DNA from: Octopus sinensis
Lineage: Eukaryota
NCBI RefSeq assembly: GCF_006345805.1
Contig: NC_043012.1
Coordinates: 496,001 to 560,000 of the forward strand
Direction of reading: 5' to 3'
DNA length: 64,000 nt
Shown here: positions 1 to 13,996 of the stretch, in pieces
How the letters are laid out: the number at the start of each line of letters is the position of its first letter
How positions within the stretch are numbered: the first letter of the stretch is position 1
The notes under the pieces: model-generated
What the model was told of the DNA's origin: nothing
Databases searched by the model: none
The model's input: only the letters and a program-made list of their open reading frames with translations
Translations under genes and position numbers: made by a program

Positions 1-1369
1 CGGGCTCGATTAGGATTTCGTTTTTTCACCTAACATTTGGACAATCTAAATTTATTATTCCAGGAATCGTGCTTTCCAAATAAAAGTTTAAAAAGCCGCA
101 AATCAAACGCCCTATGTACTGAAAAGTTTTTAAGAAGGTGAAATTGTCTGTAGATGTGTCATTTCTTATAGTTTTAGTGTTATAACTGTCAGTTAAGTAT
201 TAATAAAGTTGCATGACATGATCATGAAATATTGTCAATTTCGATGTTTTTTCAGGCCAAGTTTCAGTATATAATCTACAGGTAAACACAAAGACAGTTT
301 AAATATTACATATCTTAACTCTGAATTTTATAGCTATTCGATTTGATTTTTAAATGTGTTGTATTTTAGAAAAAGCTGTCCTTATCAAAAGAATTTTGTT
401 GATTTTGAACGTTATTAATGGTACCCGACAAACAAATACCGGATTTATAGTTGTACCATAAATTGTTATACATGATTTATAGCTGCGCCATAAACTGTCA
501 TACTTAGGTTTGTCTGTATCTTAACAGTAGTCATGCACTCAGACTTGACAAGATTAATTCCGACGCTCACTACTATGCATTTGCAGGTTAGTCTTTAATG
601 AGAATTCGAAGGATAGCAATGGCGTTTTTAACAATAATAAGTCATCTTAGAGCTTAAGCAACATCCATATACAGACTCCGATACTGTTCTCTTCTTCAGT
701 TCTTTGAAAAGTGCTAGGAGAATAGAACCTGTTGAACAGATAAAAGCAGCTTACAGTCTAAAACAATCCGTCACAAGACACGAAAGACACTAAACTTGGT
801 AATGTTTTTGCAGAAATTTTTCAATCTGATGGAGACTCAACCGCAAACATTTTACTGTAAATCCTTAAAAGCATCCTGGTAAATGCTACTTTCAAGTTTT
901 TTTTCACAATGGTTGCAATTTCGCAGAAAGGGATAAGTCAGTCGTGTCGATCCCGAAAGGATGAAAGTCAAAGTCTACCTCGGCGGAATTTGAACCCAAA
1001 ACATAAAGACCGACAAAATGCCGCTAATTATATCAACTATTCTTTTCTACTCTAGGCACAAGGCCCGGAAAGTTTTGCGAAATAAAAGAATCATTTAAAT
1101 TCAACACTGCATCTCTGGCCTCCGATCGTCACTAAGGACCGGAGATGAATGTCTTACTTTTCTTCTCTACGGGAAGAGCGGTAGTTTGTGACTGAACAAT
1201 CCGATGGCTGAATGACAGCTTCTGTCACGTAATTCACATTTCTAGGCTGTTCTCGTAGTATTTGAGTTATAGAGTTCTTTTCTGTGGATTGTCCATTGAT
1301 ATCTCTGCAGTTTAGTGCGTATGATACAATCCAAGAATGAGCAGTATAATGGAGTACAAGTTGTTAACC

Positions 1370-1690
1370 ACACAATGGCTTACTGCCTAGAGTATTTGAC
1401 TCATGATCGTATCGTTGTGAGCTCGATTACTGGCCACGCGTTTTGTCCTTCAGCAAGATACCTTATTTCGCGTTACTCTAGTCCACTCACCCGCTAAAAA
1501 ATATTTGTGCCTGTAATTCAAAAGGCCAGACTTAGCACAGTCCGTGGAACTCTGACTCTCCCAGAGAATCTACGTTAAGGGTATGCGTGTCTGAGTAGTG
1601 CTCAATCACTTGTATAGTTATTTCACAAAGAGGATATTCCTTTGATCGGCTCAACTGGACCATGCGTCGTAGAACTCGACGGAGAGCCAG
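1370..1690 (+). mobile_element. Old, diverged SINE family B relative
   Basis: tRNA-like head near 1370. CTACGTTAAGGGTA..GTGCTCA..GATCGG..GACGGAG body. Confidence 0.6.
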
Positions 1691-1789
1691 ACTCGCTCTG
1701 TAGGTCGCCGGTGGATTCAAAGGAAGTGCACGGTTGTTAAAATTTGGAGTCTGCGTCAATACAGGAGTTGGGCACAACAAGTACGTAGA

Positions 1790-1983
1790 AAACGTCGAAC
1801 TGCCTCAGGGGCTCCGATTTATCTAAAAACCTTTTTTTCTTTTACAGGGCTTAGAAAAACTGAAGGACGGCTGCAATAAGTGTGTGAATCTGAGAGAGGA
1901 ATATGTTGAATAAAATCATAATTAGCTGATTTTCCAGTATTTTCTTTTGGCCAAAGCCAGGAACTTCTCTGCACCCCCTCGTA
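1790..1983 (+). mobile_element. Mariner-like transposon 3' remnant
   Basis: QGLEKLKDGCNKCVNLREEYVE* (1846-1913) resembles the mariner C-terminus. It is followed by a TIR-like end AAAGCCAGGAACTTCTCTGCACCCCCTCG and TA. Confidence 0.75.
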
Positions 1984-2206
1984 CACTCGAAACCATACAG
2001 ATGACTGGGCATCGCCGCAGGCAGCGTGGATTTGGAATCAAGATTGTCCTTTCTCTGGTTCGATTGCTCTACCAAGCTAACCACTTCCATCTGTCTGTAC
2101 CTGGCATGGTAATAAATATTTTGTGCACTACTCAGCCCGTATTAAAAACTACAATTACTAAAGCATTCGTGTTCAGTTTTCAAAAAAACATAAACTCCCT
2201 GAAAGG

Positions 2207-2462
2207 TAAAGACCCAGCTTCGGTCATGAATACCCTGTGGGATTGCTCTTAGAATGTTCCCCTCTCAAGTACGAGTCCGCACAAGGTTGTTTACGGAAGA
2301 CAAGCAGTCGCAGGTTGTCCATGCCGACACAGCTTGGCACTAATGGCATCGCAACTCATTTCTACAGTTGGGTGAACTACAGCAACATGAATAAGACCGA
2401 GAATCGAACTCACTACCTTATGATTGCGAATCTGGCGCACTAACCACTGAGCAATGCGCCTT
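2207..2462 (-). mobile_element. tRNA-headed SINE family G
   Basis: Shares CTGTAGAAATGAGTTGCGA..GTGCCAAGCTGT and AACAACCTTG..GACCGAAG with 49825-50130. Confidence 0.7.
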
Positions 2463-2772
2463 CAACTAGCTAGTTGACTTATCACGAGGACGTAAGTACC
2501 TTTTAAACTTCTATTCAAGAGGGATATTTATAATACTTGGAAGTCAAATTACTTACAAACCTGAACATAGCCTTAATATTGATTGGCTCATTAAACAGTT
2601 GCCAGGCAAGCGTTTGATGAAACGGTCGCCGAGGGAAACTCCGAGTAAACAGCCGACAGATCAAGTCGACATAAATTGATATATATTCAGCCGTGCTGCT
2701 CAGTACATTCTGTGTCTTTGATCCGGGTGTCATGCATACGTACGCACAAATAGGCACACACACACACACACA

Positions 2773-2884
<112 letters not shown>

Positions 2885-2896
2885 ACACACACACAC

Positions 2897-3264
2897 ATCG
2901 TCGCGGTACTCCGTCGGTTACGATGACTAAGGTTCCAGATGATCCGATCAGCGGCACAGCCGGCTTGTAAAACTAACGTGCAAGTGGCTGAGCACTCCAC
3001 AGACACGTGTACCCTTAACGTAGTTCTCGAGGAGATTCAGCGTGACACAGAGTGTGACAAGGCTGGCCCTTTCAAATACAGGTACAACAGAAACAGGAAA
3101 AAAGAGTGAGAGAAAGTTGTGGCGAATGAGTACAGCAGGGTTCACCACCATCCCCTGCCGGAGCCTCGTGGAGCTTTAGGTGTTTACATTCAATAAACAC
3201 TAACAATGCCCGCCCTAGGAACCGAAACAGCGAGTCCCTGCCCTAACCACTAGGCAATTGCGCC
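2897..3264 (-). mobile_element. tRNA-headed SINE family B
   Basis: Reverse complement of GGCGCAATTGCCTAGTGGTTAGGGCAG..GGTTTCGGTTCC..GTAACCGACGGAGT, with a (TG)n tail. Confidence 0.88.
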
Positions 3265-3348
3265 TCTACTATATGTGTGTATATGTGTATGTGTGTGCAT
3301 GTGTGTGTGAGTGTTTGTGTACATTTCTATGATATATGTACATTTGCA

Positions 3349-3386
<38 letters not shown>

Positions 3387-3770
3387 GCAGGAGTGGCTGT
3401 GTGGTAAGTAGCTTGCTAACCAACCACATGGTTCCGGGTTCAGTCCCACTGCGTGACATCTTGGGCAAGTGTCTTCTGCTATAGCCCCGGGCCGACCAAT
3501 GCCTTGTGAGTGGATTTGGTTGACGGAAACTGAAAGAAGCCTGTCGTATATATGTATATATATATATGTGTGTGTTTGTCCCCCTAGCATTGCTTGACAA
3601 CCGATGCTGATGTGTTTACGTCCCCGTCAGCTAGCGGTTCGGCAAAAGCCACCGATAGAATAAGTACTGGGCTTACAAAGAATAAGTCCCGGGGTCGATT
3701 TGCTCGACTAAAGGCGGTGCTCCAGCATGGCCGCAGTCAAATGACTGCAACAAGTAAAAGAGTAAAAGAG
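3387..3770 (+). mobile_element. tRNA-headed SINE family A (CORE-like CTTGGGCAAGT, internal TA/TG microsatellite, (GTAAAAGA)n tail)
   Basis: A-box-like TGGCTGTGTGGT and B-box-like GGTTCAGTCC. About 10 copies in the window. Confidence 0.9.
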
Positions 3771-3852
3771 TATACATACATATATATACACATATATGTA
3801 TACAGAGATACATATAGGCACACACACACAACACACACACACACAACACACA

Positions 3853-3904
<52 letters not shown>

Positions 3905-3914
3905 ACACACACAC

Positions 3915-4282
3915 ATCGTCGCGGTACTCCGTCGGTTACGATGACTAAGGTTCCAGATGATCCGATCAGCGGCACAGCCGGCTTGTAAAACTAACGTGCA
4001 AGTGGCTGAGCACTCCACAGACACGTGTACCCTTAACGTAGTTCTCGAGGAGATTCAGCGTGACACAGAGTGTGACAAGGCTGGCCCTTTCAAATACAGG
4101 TACAACAGAAACAGGAAAAAAGAGTGAGAGAAAGTTGTGGCGAATGAGTACAGCAGGGTTCACCACCACCCCCTGCCGGAGCCTCGTGGAGCTTTAGGTG
4201 TTTACATTCAATAAACACTAACAATGCCCGCCCTAGGAACCGAAACAGCGAGTCCCTGCCCTAACCACTAGGCAATTGCGCC
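3915..4282 (-). mobile_element. SINE family B (duplicate of 2897-3264)
   Basis: Near-identical to 2897-3264. Confidence 0.88.
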
Positions 4283-4394
4283 TCTACTATATGTGTGTAT
4301 ATGTGTATGTGTGTGCATGTGTGTGTGAGTGTTTGTGTACATTTCTATGATATATGTACATTTGCATGATATATATATATATATATATATATAC

Positions 4395-4778
4395 GCAGGA
4401 GTGGCTGTGTGGTAAGTAGCTTGCTAACCAACCACATGGTTCCGGGTTCAGTCCCACTGCGTGACATCTTGGGCAAGTGTCTTCTGCTATAGCCCCGGGC
4501 CGACCAATGCCTTGTGAGTGGATTTGGTTGACGGAAACTGAAAGAAGCCTGTCGTATATATGTATATATATATATGTGTGTGTTTGTCCCCCTAGCATTG
4601 CTTGACAACCGATGCTGATGTGTTTACGTCCCCGTCAGCTAGCGGTTCGGCAAAAGCCACCGATAGAATAAGTACTGGGCTTACAAAGAATAAGTCCCGG
4701 GGTCGATTTGCTCGACTAAAGGCGGTGCTCCAGCATGGCCGCAGTCAAATGACTGCAACAAGTAAAAGAGTAAAAGAG
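4395..4778 (+). mobile_element. SINE family A (duplicate of 3387-3770)
   Basis: Shares private variants with 3387-3770. Confidence 0.9.
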
Positions 4779-5171
4779 TATACATACATATATATACACA
4801 TATATGTATACAGAGATACATATAGGCACACACACACACAAACTCACATACATAAACGTATATCCATGTGTACATGTGCGTCTGTACGAATGTAGAAGTT
4901 ACTGGTTTTCAGTCTGAATGCGCGCATGCGCATTTTGTGCGCATGCGCATGCACGTGTGTGTATGTATGTCTGTGTGCGCATGTGCGTGAGTGTGTGTGC
5001 GCCTATGGCTGTGTATGTGCGTGCGGACACTGATAACGGAGGCACAGTGGAACGGTGTTGTATCAGAGAAGGACTCTAGAGTATTGTACTTTTAAATCGA
5101 GTTCAATGTTGCCCAAATGATAAATAAACAAATAAAAGAAACGCAGCTACACACCGACACACACCGACAAA

Positions 5172-5209
<38 letters not shown>

Positions 5210-5297
5210 AACATACACACTTATATATATACACACACACATATCTATATATACACACACATACAGGCGCGCACACACACACAGCAACAAAAATTGG

Positions 5298-5382
5298 TAG
5301 ACAGATAGATAGATAGATAGATAGATATATAGATAGATAGATAGATAGATAGATAGATGGATAGATAGATAGATAGATAGAC

Positions 5383-5430
<48 letters not shown>

Positions 5431-5443
5431 GAGATAGATAGAT

Positions 5444-5480
<37 letters not shown>

Positions 5481-5566
5481 GAGAGATAGATAAATATAGA
5501 TAGATAGATAGATAAATAGAGATAGATAGATAGATAGATAGATAGATGATAGATAGATAGATAGAC

Positions 5567-5604
<38 letters not shown>

Positions 5605-5608
5605 ATAG

Positions 5609-5639
<31 letters not shown>

Positions 5640-5640
5640 C

Positions 5641-5686
<46 letters not shown>

Positions 5687-5690
5687 ATAG

Positions 5691-5741
<51 letters not shown>

Positions 5742-5746
5742 GATAG

Positions 5747-5789
<43 letters not shown>

Positions 5790-5977
5790 AATAGATATAT
5801 ATATATATATTATATATATATATATAGATAGATAGATAGATAGATAGATAGATGGATAGATAGATAGATAGATAGATGGATAGATAGATAGATAGATAGA
5901 TGGATAGATAGATAGATAGATAGATAAAAATACATAGAGATAGATAGATGTAGATAGAGAGATAGACATATAGATAG
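5298..5977. repeat. Long (GATA)n microsatellite
   Basis: About 680 bp of GATA with GACA/GGAT variants. Confidence 0.97.
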
Positions 5978-6155
5978 GTGTGCGCGTGAATGTGTATCTA
6001 TGTGGAGAATGTCTCCTGATGAATATATGCGTGTGTATTTCTATATATCAAAAATACAAAAACTCAAAAACCAAAAAGAATGTGTGTGTGTGTGTGTGTG
6101 TGTGTATATACGTGTGTGTGCATGTGTATGCGTATGTGTGCGTGTGTGTGTGCGT

Positions 6156-6206
<51 letters not shown>

Positions 6207-6539
6207 GTATATATATATACACATATGTATATATATATATACATACATGCATATACATACATGTATGTATGTATTAACATGTATGTGTATATGTATATGC
6301 ACAAACACACACACACATATATGTGAACGTATATTTATATAAATATATGTGTATGTGTATATATATATATGTATGTATGTACATGAACTCATATATACAT
6401 ACATACATACATATATGTTTGTATATATGCGTATACACTCATATACATAATCGGTTTCTTGTATCACAAGAGAGTGGAGAACTTAACACAAACAAAAGAC
6501 CCTTTTCTCTTCCTCCTTCTCCTCTTCCTCCACCACCAC

Positions 6540-6670
6540 CTTCTTTTTCTTCTTCTTCTTCTCTTCTTCTTCTTCTTCTTCTTCTTCTTCTTCTTCTTCT
6601 TCTCTTCTTCTTCTTCTTCTTCATCTTCTTCTTCTCCATCTTCTACTTCAACTTCTTCAACTTCTTCTTT
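6540..6670. repeat. (TTC)n microsatellite
   Basis: Direct reading. Confidence 0.95.
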
Positions 6671-7158
6671 TCTGACGCAACATCGTGATAAGAAGATTGT
6701 AGACCTCACAGAGCACAAAGTCCCTGAAATCCTATTCTTAGGGGAAGCGGGTCGGAAACGTTATCAGCTTGTGTTATCCTCGCTGCCAACGCCAGCACCA
6801 TCTCGACTGCCAATCTATCTCGCCATACTATCACACTCACATATTTATCGCCTAGACGAAACTCCCCACCATCATCGCCACTAACAACATCACTCGTTCG
6901 TCTCCCATTGAATTAACAGAAGAACAGAAGTATGTCAAACTGTTATGTATGCGCATGTGTACGCATGCATGTATGTAGGCATGCATGAACGTATGTGTAT
7001 GCGCATACTCATGTGGGATAGGGTCGTCTATATGTATGTATGAGTAAGTATTCGTCTGGAGTGTGTGTATTTATATACATATATGTATGTACATATATAT
7101 ATATGTATATGTATATGTATACATGCGTGTTTGTAATAATATATATGCATGTATATAT

Positions 7159-7204
<46 letters not shown>

Positions 7205-7973
7205 CTACTTCTACAACCAACAGTCACTGCTACTACTGCTATTTCGGCTACTGGTCAGTTCCCCAACTTCAGCCAACGAACAAGACAGCTACTATGCCTA
7301 GCCCCCCCCCCCAAAAAAAAAAACACCACGTGGATTCAGTTGAGACTAGTAAGAAACAATTATTAACTTTTTTATTACACTTAACTTTTTAAAATATTTT
7401 TGATAAGGTTCGTTTTTTCAAGAAGAACCGAAACATGTAAAATTTCTAAGGAAATTAAAATTTATTTTATATAGTGGCGTTTTCAGACGTCTTTATATAT
7501 ATATATATATATATAAATTTATAAATAAAACATATGCATATATACATACATATATGTACGTACCTACCTCTACATGTATATATACATGCATATATGGGTA
7601 CAGGGCACCAAAAAAAACGTCGAACACAATGAGGAACGAAAACATAAACACAAAACCAAGGAACTGGACATTTTTCTTAAACAACGAATAAATAGAGTAC
7701 AGGACAAATAACACAAGGAAAATTCCCCTTCTTCAATTGCCATGGTTTCATCATCTGGCAGAATGAAGCGGCTGACCTCCCCTGTTCGAAGGTCTATAGT
7801 GGACGCAGATTGTGTGTCAAATAGCTAGCTTGAGGCGGTGGCCTCTTGGAGCTAATCAGCGACAGCTTTAGTCTTATATTTATAAGATTGCCATATTAGT
7901 ATGGCGATAACTATTAATTTCCAGTAACGCTGCCGTAATCTCCTTTAGAGAGACTTACTAATTTTAATATTTC

Positions 7974-8018
<45 letters not shown>

Positions 8019-10049
8019 TTAACATTGTTCTTGGTAGAAATATAGTATTTGAGATTAACCTTAGTGGAAATATAATATTTAAGACGGGTTTTAGTATTTG
8101 CTAGCATTGTCATAATCAAATATAGAAATTAACAATGATCAGAGACCAATTACTTGTAGGAACATGGTATTTTGTTATGCAACCATAGCTTACAACGAAG
8201 TATATAAAACGTTCTGTATATCCATACTGTGCGCTCTTGTGTTAGAAGTGCTATTACATCGTTTTTTAAGGTTGTCCTTACAGATTTTCTATATTACTGG
8301 CTATAATTTCTATAGAAAATCTGTTAAAATAACCTTTAAAAGTGATCAGAGATCAATTAACAATCTGTAGCCCATGCCAACAATAATCCCAAACCGATCT
8401 GTATTCTGTAGATCTTGATTATAATTTTGTATTTTTATGTCAATGTGGAATCCTTATCTTGAAATCTGGAATCCGATAACATTTTTTGAGGTTTGTGTCA
8501 CCCCCTATTCACTCAAAAACTAGTAAAGTCTCGAAACTCTAGTCTCATACTATATTTGTTTCAAGACAGCTGAACTTCATCTCTTCTCTTGACTGTCTTT
8601 CGAAATAATCAGTTTATGTTTATCTGGCCTTTACTATATCCTGTATTCCGATTTCCTATGTTTATTGTAAAGACGGTGATGTGGCAAAATTGTTAGCACC
8701 CCGGACAAAGTGCTTGGTCGTATTTGTTCTTGCTTTACGTTCTGAGTTCAAATTTCAACAAAGTCAACTTTTTATATTTTTTTTTATCCCTGGTGTCGAT
8801 GTAATCGACTGCCTCCCTTCCCCCAAATTTTGAGGCCGTGTGTCTATAATAGAAAGATTTATTTCTTACGATGAATGAGCATATGTGTGTGTTTATGTGT
8901 ATAGATATGTATATGTGCAACTCCCCGTTCATTTCTTATTCTCGTTTTATTTTGCCCCGGGCAATCAAATCTGTGTCGTTGTATGAGTGTGTGGACAGTT
9001 AATACATTCTCAGTGTAAGGCTGCGAGCTGGCAGAATCGTTAGCATACCTGGCAAAATGCTAAGCAGCATTTCGTCCGCCTTTATGTTCTGAGTTCAAAT
9101 TCCGCTTAGTTGACTTTGCCTTTCATCCTTTCGGGGTCGATAAATTAAGTACGAATTAAAAACTGGGGTTGATGTAAAAGACTTGCTCGCTTTGCACCAA
9201 AGTTTGAAACCAATATACTGTCTATGCCTTACTCTGATCCCGTCTCAGAAATCATTAATTGTATGTCTATATGTGAAAATGGGTTTGCAAGAGTATCAGT
9301 GTATCTGATCTGCTTTTTTTCTTTTCTTGTATAATCCATTTATTAAAATTCACCCACCGTTTTAACTTTCAAACGCAGAATCTGAGCACCATTTTGTCTA
9401 GACTACAATAACCACAAGGCCATACCACATTTGTTGGGAGAGCAGAAGTCACTTTAATCAATTCTAATAGCTGTCTGATCCTTTATTTTATCGAGACCTG
9501 GTTAAAGGAACGAACCACAAATTTGACATTAAAAAGATTTGAACTCAGAATGTAAGGAGTTTATACGAAGATATATTTGGTCCGATTCCCTACTGATCTG
9601 GCTAGCTACCATCTTGTCTAAAGTAATAATGCTGCCTTATTCTGGCGTAAATCTACAACCATAGAGACAGGGTATATTAATATAATCGACCCCCAGTACT
9701 TGACTGATATATGTTTTGTCAACCTCCGGAAATGGAAGGAATAACAAAGGTTGCAAATCGGTATAATTTGAAATTAAAATATAAATGTACTTAAAGGCAC
9801 CGAGCTAGCAGAATCGTTACCGCGCCTGTCAAGGTACTTTGCAGATTTCCTTCGACTTAAAGATCTGAGTTCAAACACCACAAGGGCCGATTTACTTTTC
9901 ATTCTTTTGCGCTCGATAAAGTAAGTAGCAGTTGAGCACTGGAGTTGATATAATCGACTTAATCCTTCCCTTGAATTTGCTACCTTTGACACAAAATTTG
10001 AAGCCAGTATAGAGGTACTTAACTCAAGAATTTTCTGTATTTTGTGTGA

Positions 10050-10300
10050 GTGTCTTGCGATTTCTTGTCCAATACCACAGACGTAGATTCATATGCTGTT
10101 TTATATAATTGTTTCCAAGTTCCAGTAAATAATTTTCACGACTATTCATTGTAGGAAGTCAAAGATAGCCATCAAAGACTATCCAATGCGGTATCATTTA
10201 GCAAGGCACAATGCACATTTTCTGCTTCGATGAATGAATCTCCGTCGATTTCGACGATGACTATTCAGTTTTTCGATCCACTGAAGTACCTACGCATTGA
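10050..10300 (-). mobile_element. Possible Merlin/IS1595-like transposase remnant
   Basis: Minus strand reads IVEIDG, then WIVFDGY and IKQH in the expected order but in broken frames. Confidence 0.3.
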
Positions 10301-10761
10301 ATCAGTGCGCATGAGGCCAGAGTATTTCACTGACCTATAGTCAGAATCAGTGGCAAAATGTGTGACAATGTTTTATATTTACATTACAGGAACAAACCCT
10401 TCCACCAAAATGTTTCCGCATAGTTTCCATCTTCCTAGTTTCGCTAACATAGCCTGTGTCGATTCAATGCTTTGATAAAAGTCACTTCTCCAACACTCCA
10501 CGTAATAGGATCGAAAGTAGAACATCTTGATAGCGTAGCAATTCATTAATGATTTTGCCATGTTGCATGCATTGACATATTACATCTACGATAGTGGTAC
10601 TCCTTTAGACTTAGCCACACAACACATCTTCACTCAAATATTACTAGAGCTTTCAAAGAAAATTGAGATTTTATATCAATTTCTCGTTTTGTGAATACAA
10701 TGTTATTTCTTTTTCATTCTTCCTGATATTTTCCTTGTTGCATGGTGTATCTAGTTGGAGG

Positions 10762-11146
10762 GTGGAGGCGCAATGGCCCAGTCGTTAGGGCAGCGGACTC
10801 GCGGTCATAGGATCGCGGTTTCGATTCCTAGGCCAGGCGTTGTGAGTGTTTATAGAGCGAAAACACCTAAAAGCTCCACGAAGCTCCGGCAGGGGATGGT
10901 GGTGAACCCTGCTGTACTCTTTCACCACAACTTTCTCTCACTCTTACTTCCTGTTTCTGTTGTACCTGTATTTCAAGGGGCCGGCCTTGTCACTCTCTGT
11001 GTCACGCTGAATATCCCCGAGAACTACGTTAAGGGTGCACGTGTCTGTGGAGTGCTCAGCCACTTACACGTTAAATTCACGAGCAGGCTGTTCCGTTGAT
11101 TCGGATCAACCGGAACCCTCATCGTCGTAACCGACGGAGTGCTTCC
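10762..11146 (+). mobile_element. SINE family B with TSD
   Basis: ATCTAGTTGGAGG repeated at 10749-10761 and 11147-11159. Confidence 0.92.
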
Positions 11147-12311
11147 ATCTAGTTGGAGGAACGTCATATAAGAGCATTCTACTATAATGTATTGTGATTA
11201 TAATATTATCATTTTAATTTGACACACTTATAAGCGTAAGAAAAATGTACTAATTCACTTAAATGTATGCGCAAGTACCAATTGCATTTGAGCTTATAAC
11301 AGTTACGAGAAACCTGACGCCCGATTGTATAAAATTGTCTAACCATAGAACTATAAATTCAGGAGTATAGAAAAACATATAAATATTGATTCCTAGTATT
11401 GATACAAGATCAGAAAATATTGGGGACAAATAGTTGTGGTAGAATGAGAAGATTAAATCGACCCAGTACTTCGCAGATGTTTTATAGCATCAACCCAGAA
11501 GACTGAAAGGCAAAACCAATCTTGACGACACTAGAATTCATATCGTTAAGAGGTCAAGCAAGGAGAGTCCGTGAAAGGCAACAGCAACTTGGGAAGTTAC
11601 CCGGCTCCACGCACGCCTAGGAGAGTCACGGTCGGTGCATCTGTGCAAGGGATTTTAGAAATAAAAGAGGTAAATGAACGTAATAAATAAAACACACATT
11701 CTACTCTTATATTTAAAGAATTGTGATGGACTCTCACGTCGGAGACGATGTATGAATGTTCAGCTTTCTGCTGAACGACCCGCACAAATGATTTGTTTAT
11801 AGTGACGAAATACATGTGCTGTGCATTAGCGCACTCATTCCATCAAATTGTCCTTGATAGTACAGGTGCAAGGTGTATCAAGAACACGATGCACCACCGG
11901 GTCTAGGAATTGAAATCACGATCTCGCGAACGTGAGTGCAGTGCTATAAGCACCTGTTCTTGCGTTCTCACTTAAGAATTGTAATAAACACTTCATCTGT
12001 AGCTGGAATAAAGGAAAGGAAAAAGCCACCTGCCCCAAAAGTCATCATACCCATGGTTTTTTTAATGTTTTTTTTCATGAGCAGCTCTCAAACATCACCT
12101 TCCTATTGAGGCTTACACGTTGATTTCTTTTTTACTTCCTTTTTTTAAAAAAAAATTTGTTAGACTTGTTTACAAGCAAAGCACTCACAGCAACACACTT
12201 TCACACACATACAGACACACACACACATTCTTTGTTTTGCTTTGTACTGTCCATAATGTTTTACTTAATGTAAATCGCTGTGGTTAATAAAGAAATTATT
12301 ATTACTGTTAT

Positions 12312-12866
12312 TGAGTGAGAGAGCAGTGCATGACATCAAAGTGACACTGGGGTAAAATATACGAAGCCCAGTATACCCATCATGACTACCCGTCTGATAA
12401 GGGTACACTAGGAACATGTATCACAATCATATGTGCGCGACATGGTGATCCCATATCAAGATAAACAGCACATGACCTTGCAGGTGGAGCCCAGTTAGAA
12501 TTTTCTTCTGGTTGAGTAACCCCTCCCGCTCAAAAGGTCCTTGAATAAGGGTCATTTAAGGATGTTGAACGAAACACCCATGTTTCCAGAGGTAAATTAT
12601 TCAAACTCCAAAGAATTCCTCTCAACACATGGCTATGATGCTCCCCTACTACTTCTGCTCGTGATCAGAGATGTACATATCGTCAGCCACTAAGGGACAT
12701 GGCCAACTTGTAAAGGTCCAACAACTGACAATTGAATCTGGTATTATGCAGACTATTTGCTGTAGCCCATTTTTTATACCAAGACAAAACAATGTACATG
12801 ATAATGCTTCCAATCAGTTAAGATCAGAAGCCATGAGAGCCACTGCCTGGTACTGCATCAGGGCAT
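12312..12866 (-). mobile_element. ~550-bp headless interspersed repeat (family D) in (TAA)n
   Basis: Homologous end to end with 27564-28113, 28167-28712 and 44599-45128. (TTA)n flanks. Strand inferred from (AAT)n polarity. Confidence 0.85.
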
Positions 12867-12895
12867 TTATGTTATTATTATTATTATCATCATCA

Positions 12896-12978
<83 letters not shown>

Positions 12979-13039
12979 ATTATTATTATTATTATTATTA
13001 TTGTTATTATTATTGTTGTTGTTGCTGTTGTCGTTGTTG

Positions 13040-13106
<67 letters not shown>

Positions 13107-13108
13107 CA
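12867..13108. repeat. (TTA)n/(TTG)n compound microsatellite
   Basis: Direct reading. Confidence 0.95.
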
Positions 13109-13469
13109 TTGCCGATTTGTCAGTGCGGTCATGTCGAACAGCTGTTGTCATGTGTGCGTCGGGTCCGTCTGTCGACCGAGTTTGTAGTTATGGTCGCACC
13201 GCTGCCCCACCTCCCTCTGCAATCGGCCAGGCAAGGCAACTTTCCTTTACCTGGTGGCTGTCGTGAAAGTGGCTGGTTGGTGGACAAGGCTGTTAAAATG
13301 TCTTATTCACGAGTTTCATTTCTTCACTTCCCTGAATAGAAGATTAGATTGTTTTACGCTATTTAACCCTTTGGAATAATATCAGTGAAATCTTCGAAAC
13401 ATGCGTTAAACTCCATTTATATATATATATAAACATATATATATGATATATTGGGCCAGCCAAAACCTT

Positions 13470-13808
13470 GTTAGTGTATTTGATAGACGGAAACTGGAAG
13501 AAGCGTGTCCCATCTATAAACATACGTGTGCCTGTGTGTTTGTGTGTGTGTGTGCGTGTGTGCGTGTGCATGTGCGTGCGTGCGTGTCAGTATGTATGTA
13601 TGTATGTATATGTGTGTCTGTCTGTGTGTTTTCTACCACTAACAATTGGCAACCGGCGTTGGTGTGTTTACGTCCCCAGTAATCTGGTGTTTCAGCAAAG
13701 GTGACCGATAGAATAAGCAACAGGCTTAAAAAAAAATAGTAATAAATACTTGAGTCGATATATTCGACTAAAATCAGTTTAATGAGTGAAACAAGTAAAA
13801 GAATAAGA
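13470..13808 (+). mobile_element. SINE family A, diverged and 5'-truncated
   Basis: GACGGAAACTG..GGTGTGTTTACGTCCCC..CCGATAGAATAAG..GAAACAAGTAAAAG. Confidence 0.7.
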
Positions 13809-13874
13809 GAATATATATATTTACATACATACATATATATATATATATATAATATATATATATACACACACATA

Positions 13875-13907
<33 letters not shown>

Positions 13908-13926
13908 GCATGTATGTATGTATATA

Positions 13927-13996
<70 letters not shown>

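Noticed and set aside
3387-3460. tRNA-like sequences (also 10767, 45370, 49825 and others)
   Set aside because: A/B boxes are present but there is no complete cloverleaf, and they continue into SINE bodies. Not tRNA genes.
3250-3944. Recurrent ORFs such as MSSNARGTNT, MTTDADVFTSP and MVVNPAVL
   Set aside because: They recur because they are SINE sequence. No evidence of coding function.
5103-5969. 288-aa ORF (SIYL repeats) and similar ORFs at 23244, 24046, 56596 and 62636
   Set aside because: Translation of (TATC)n/(GATA)n, which has stop-free frames. Not a gene.
12671-13339. 222-aa poly-Leu ORF
   Set aside because: Runs through a family D repeat and (TTA)n, so it is an artefact.
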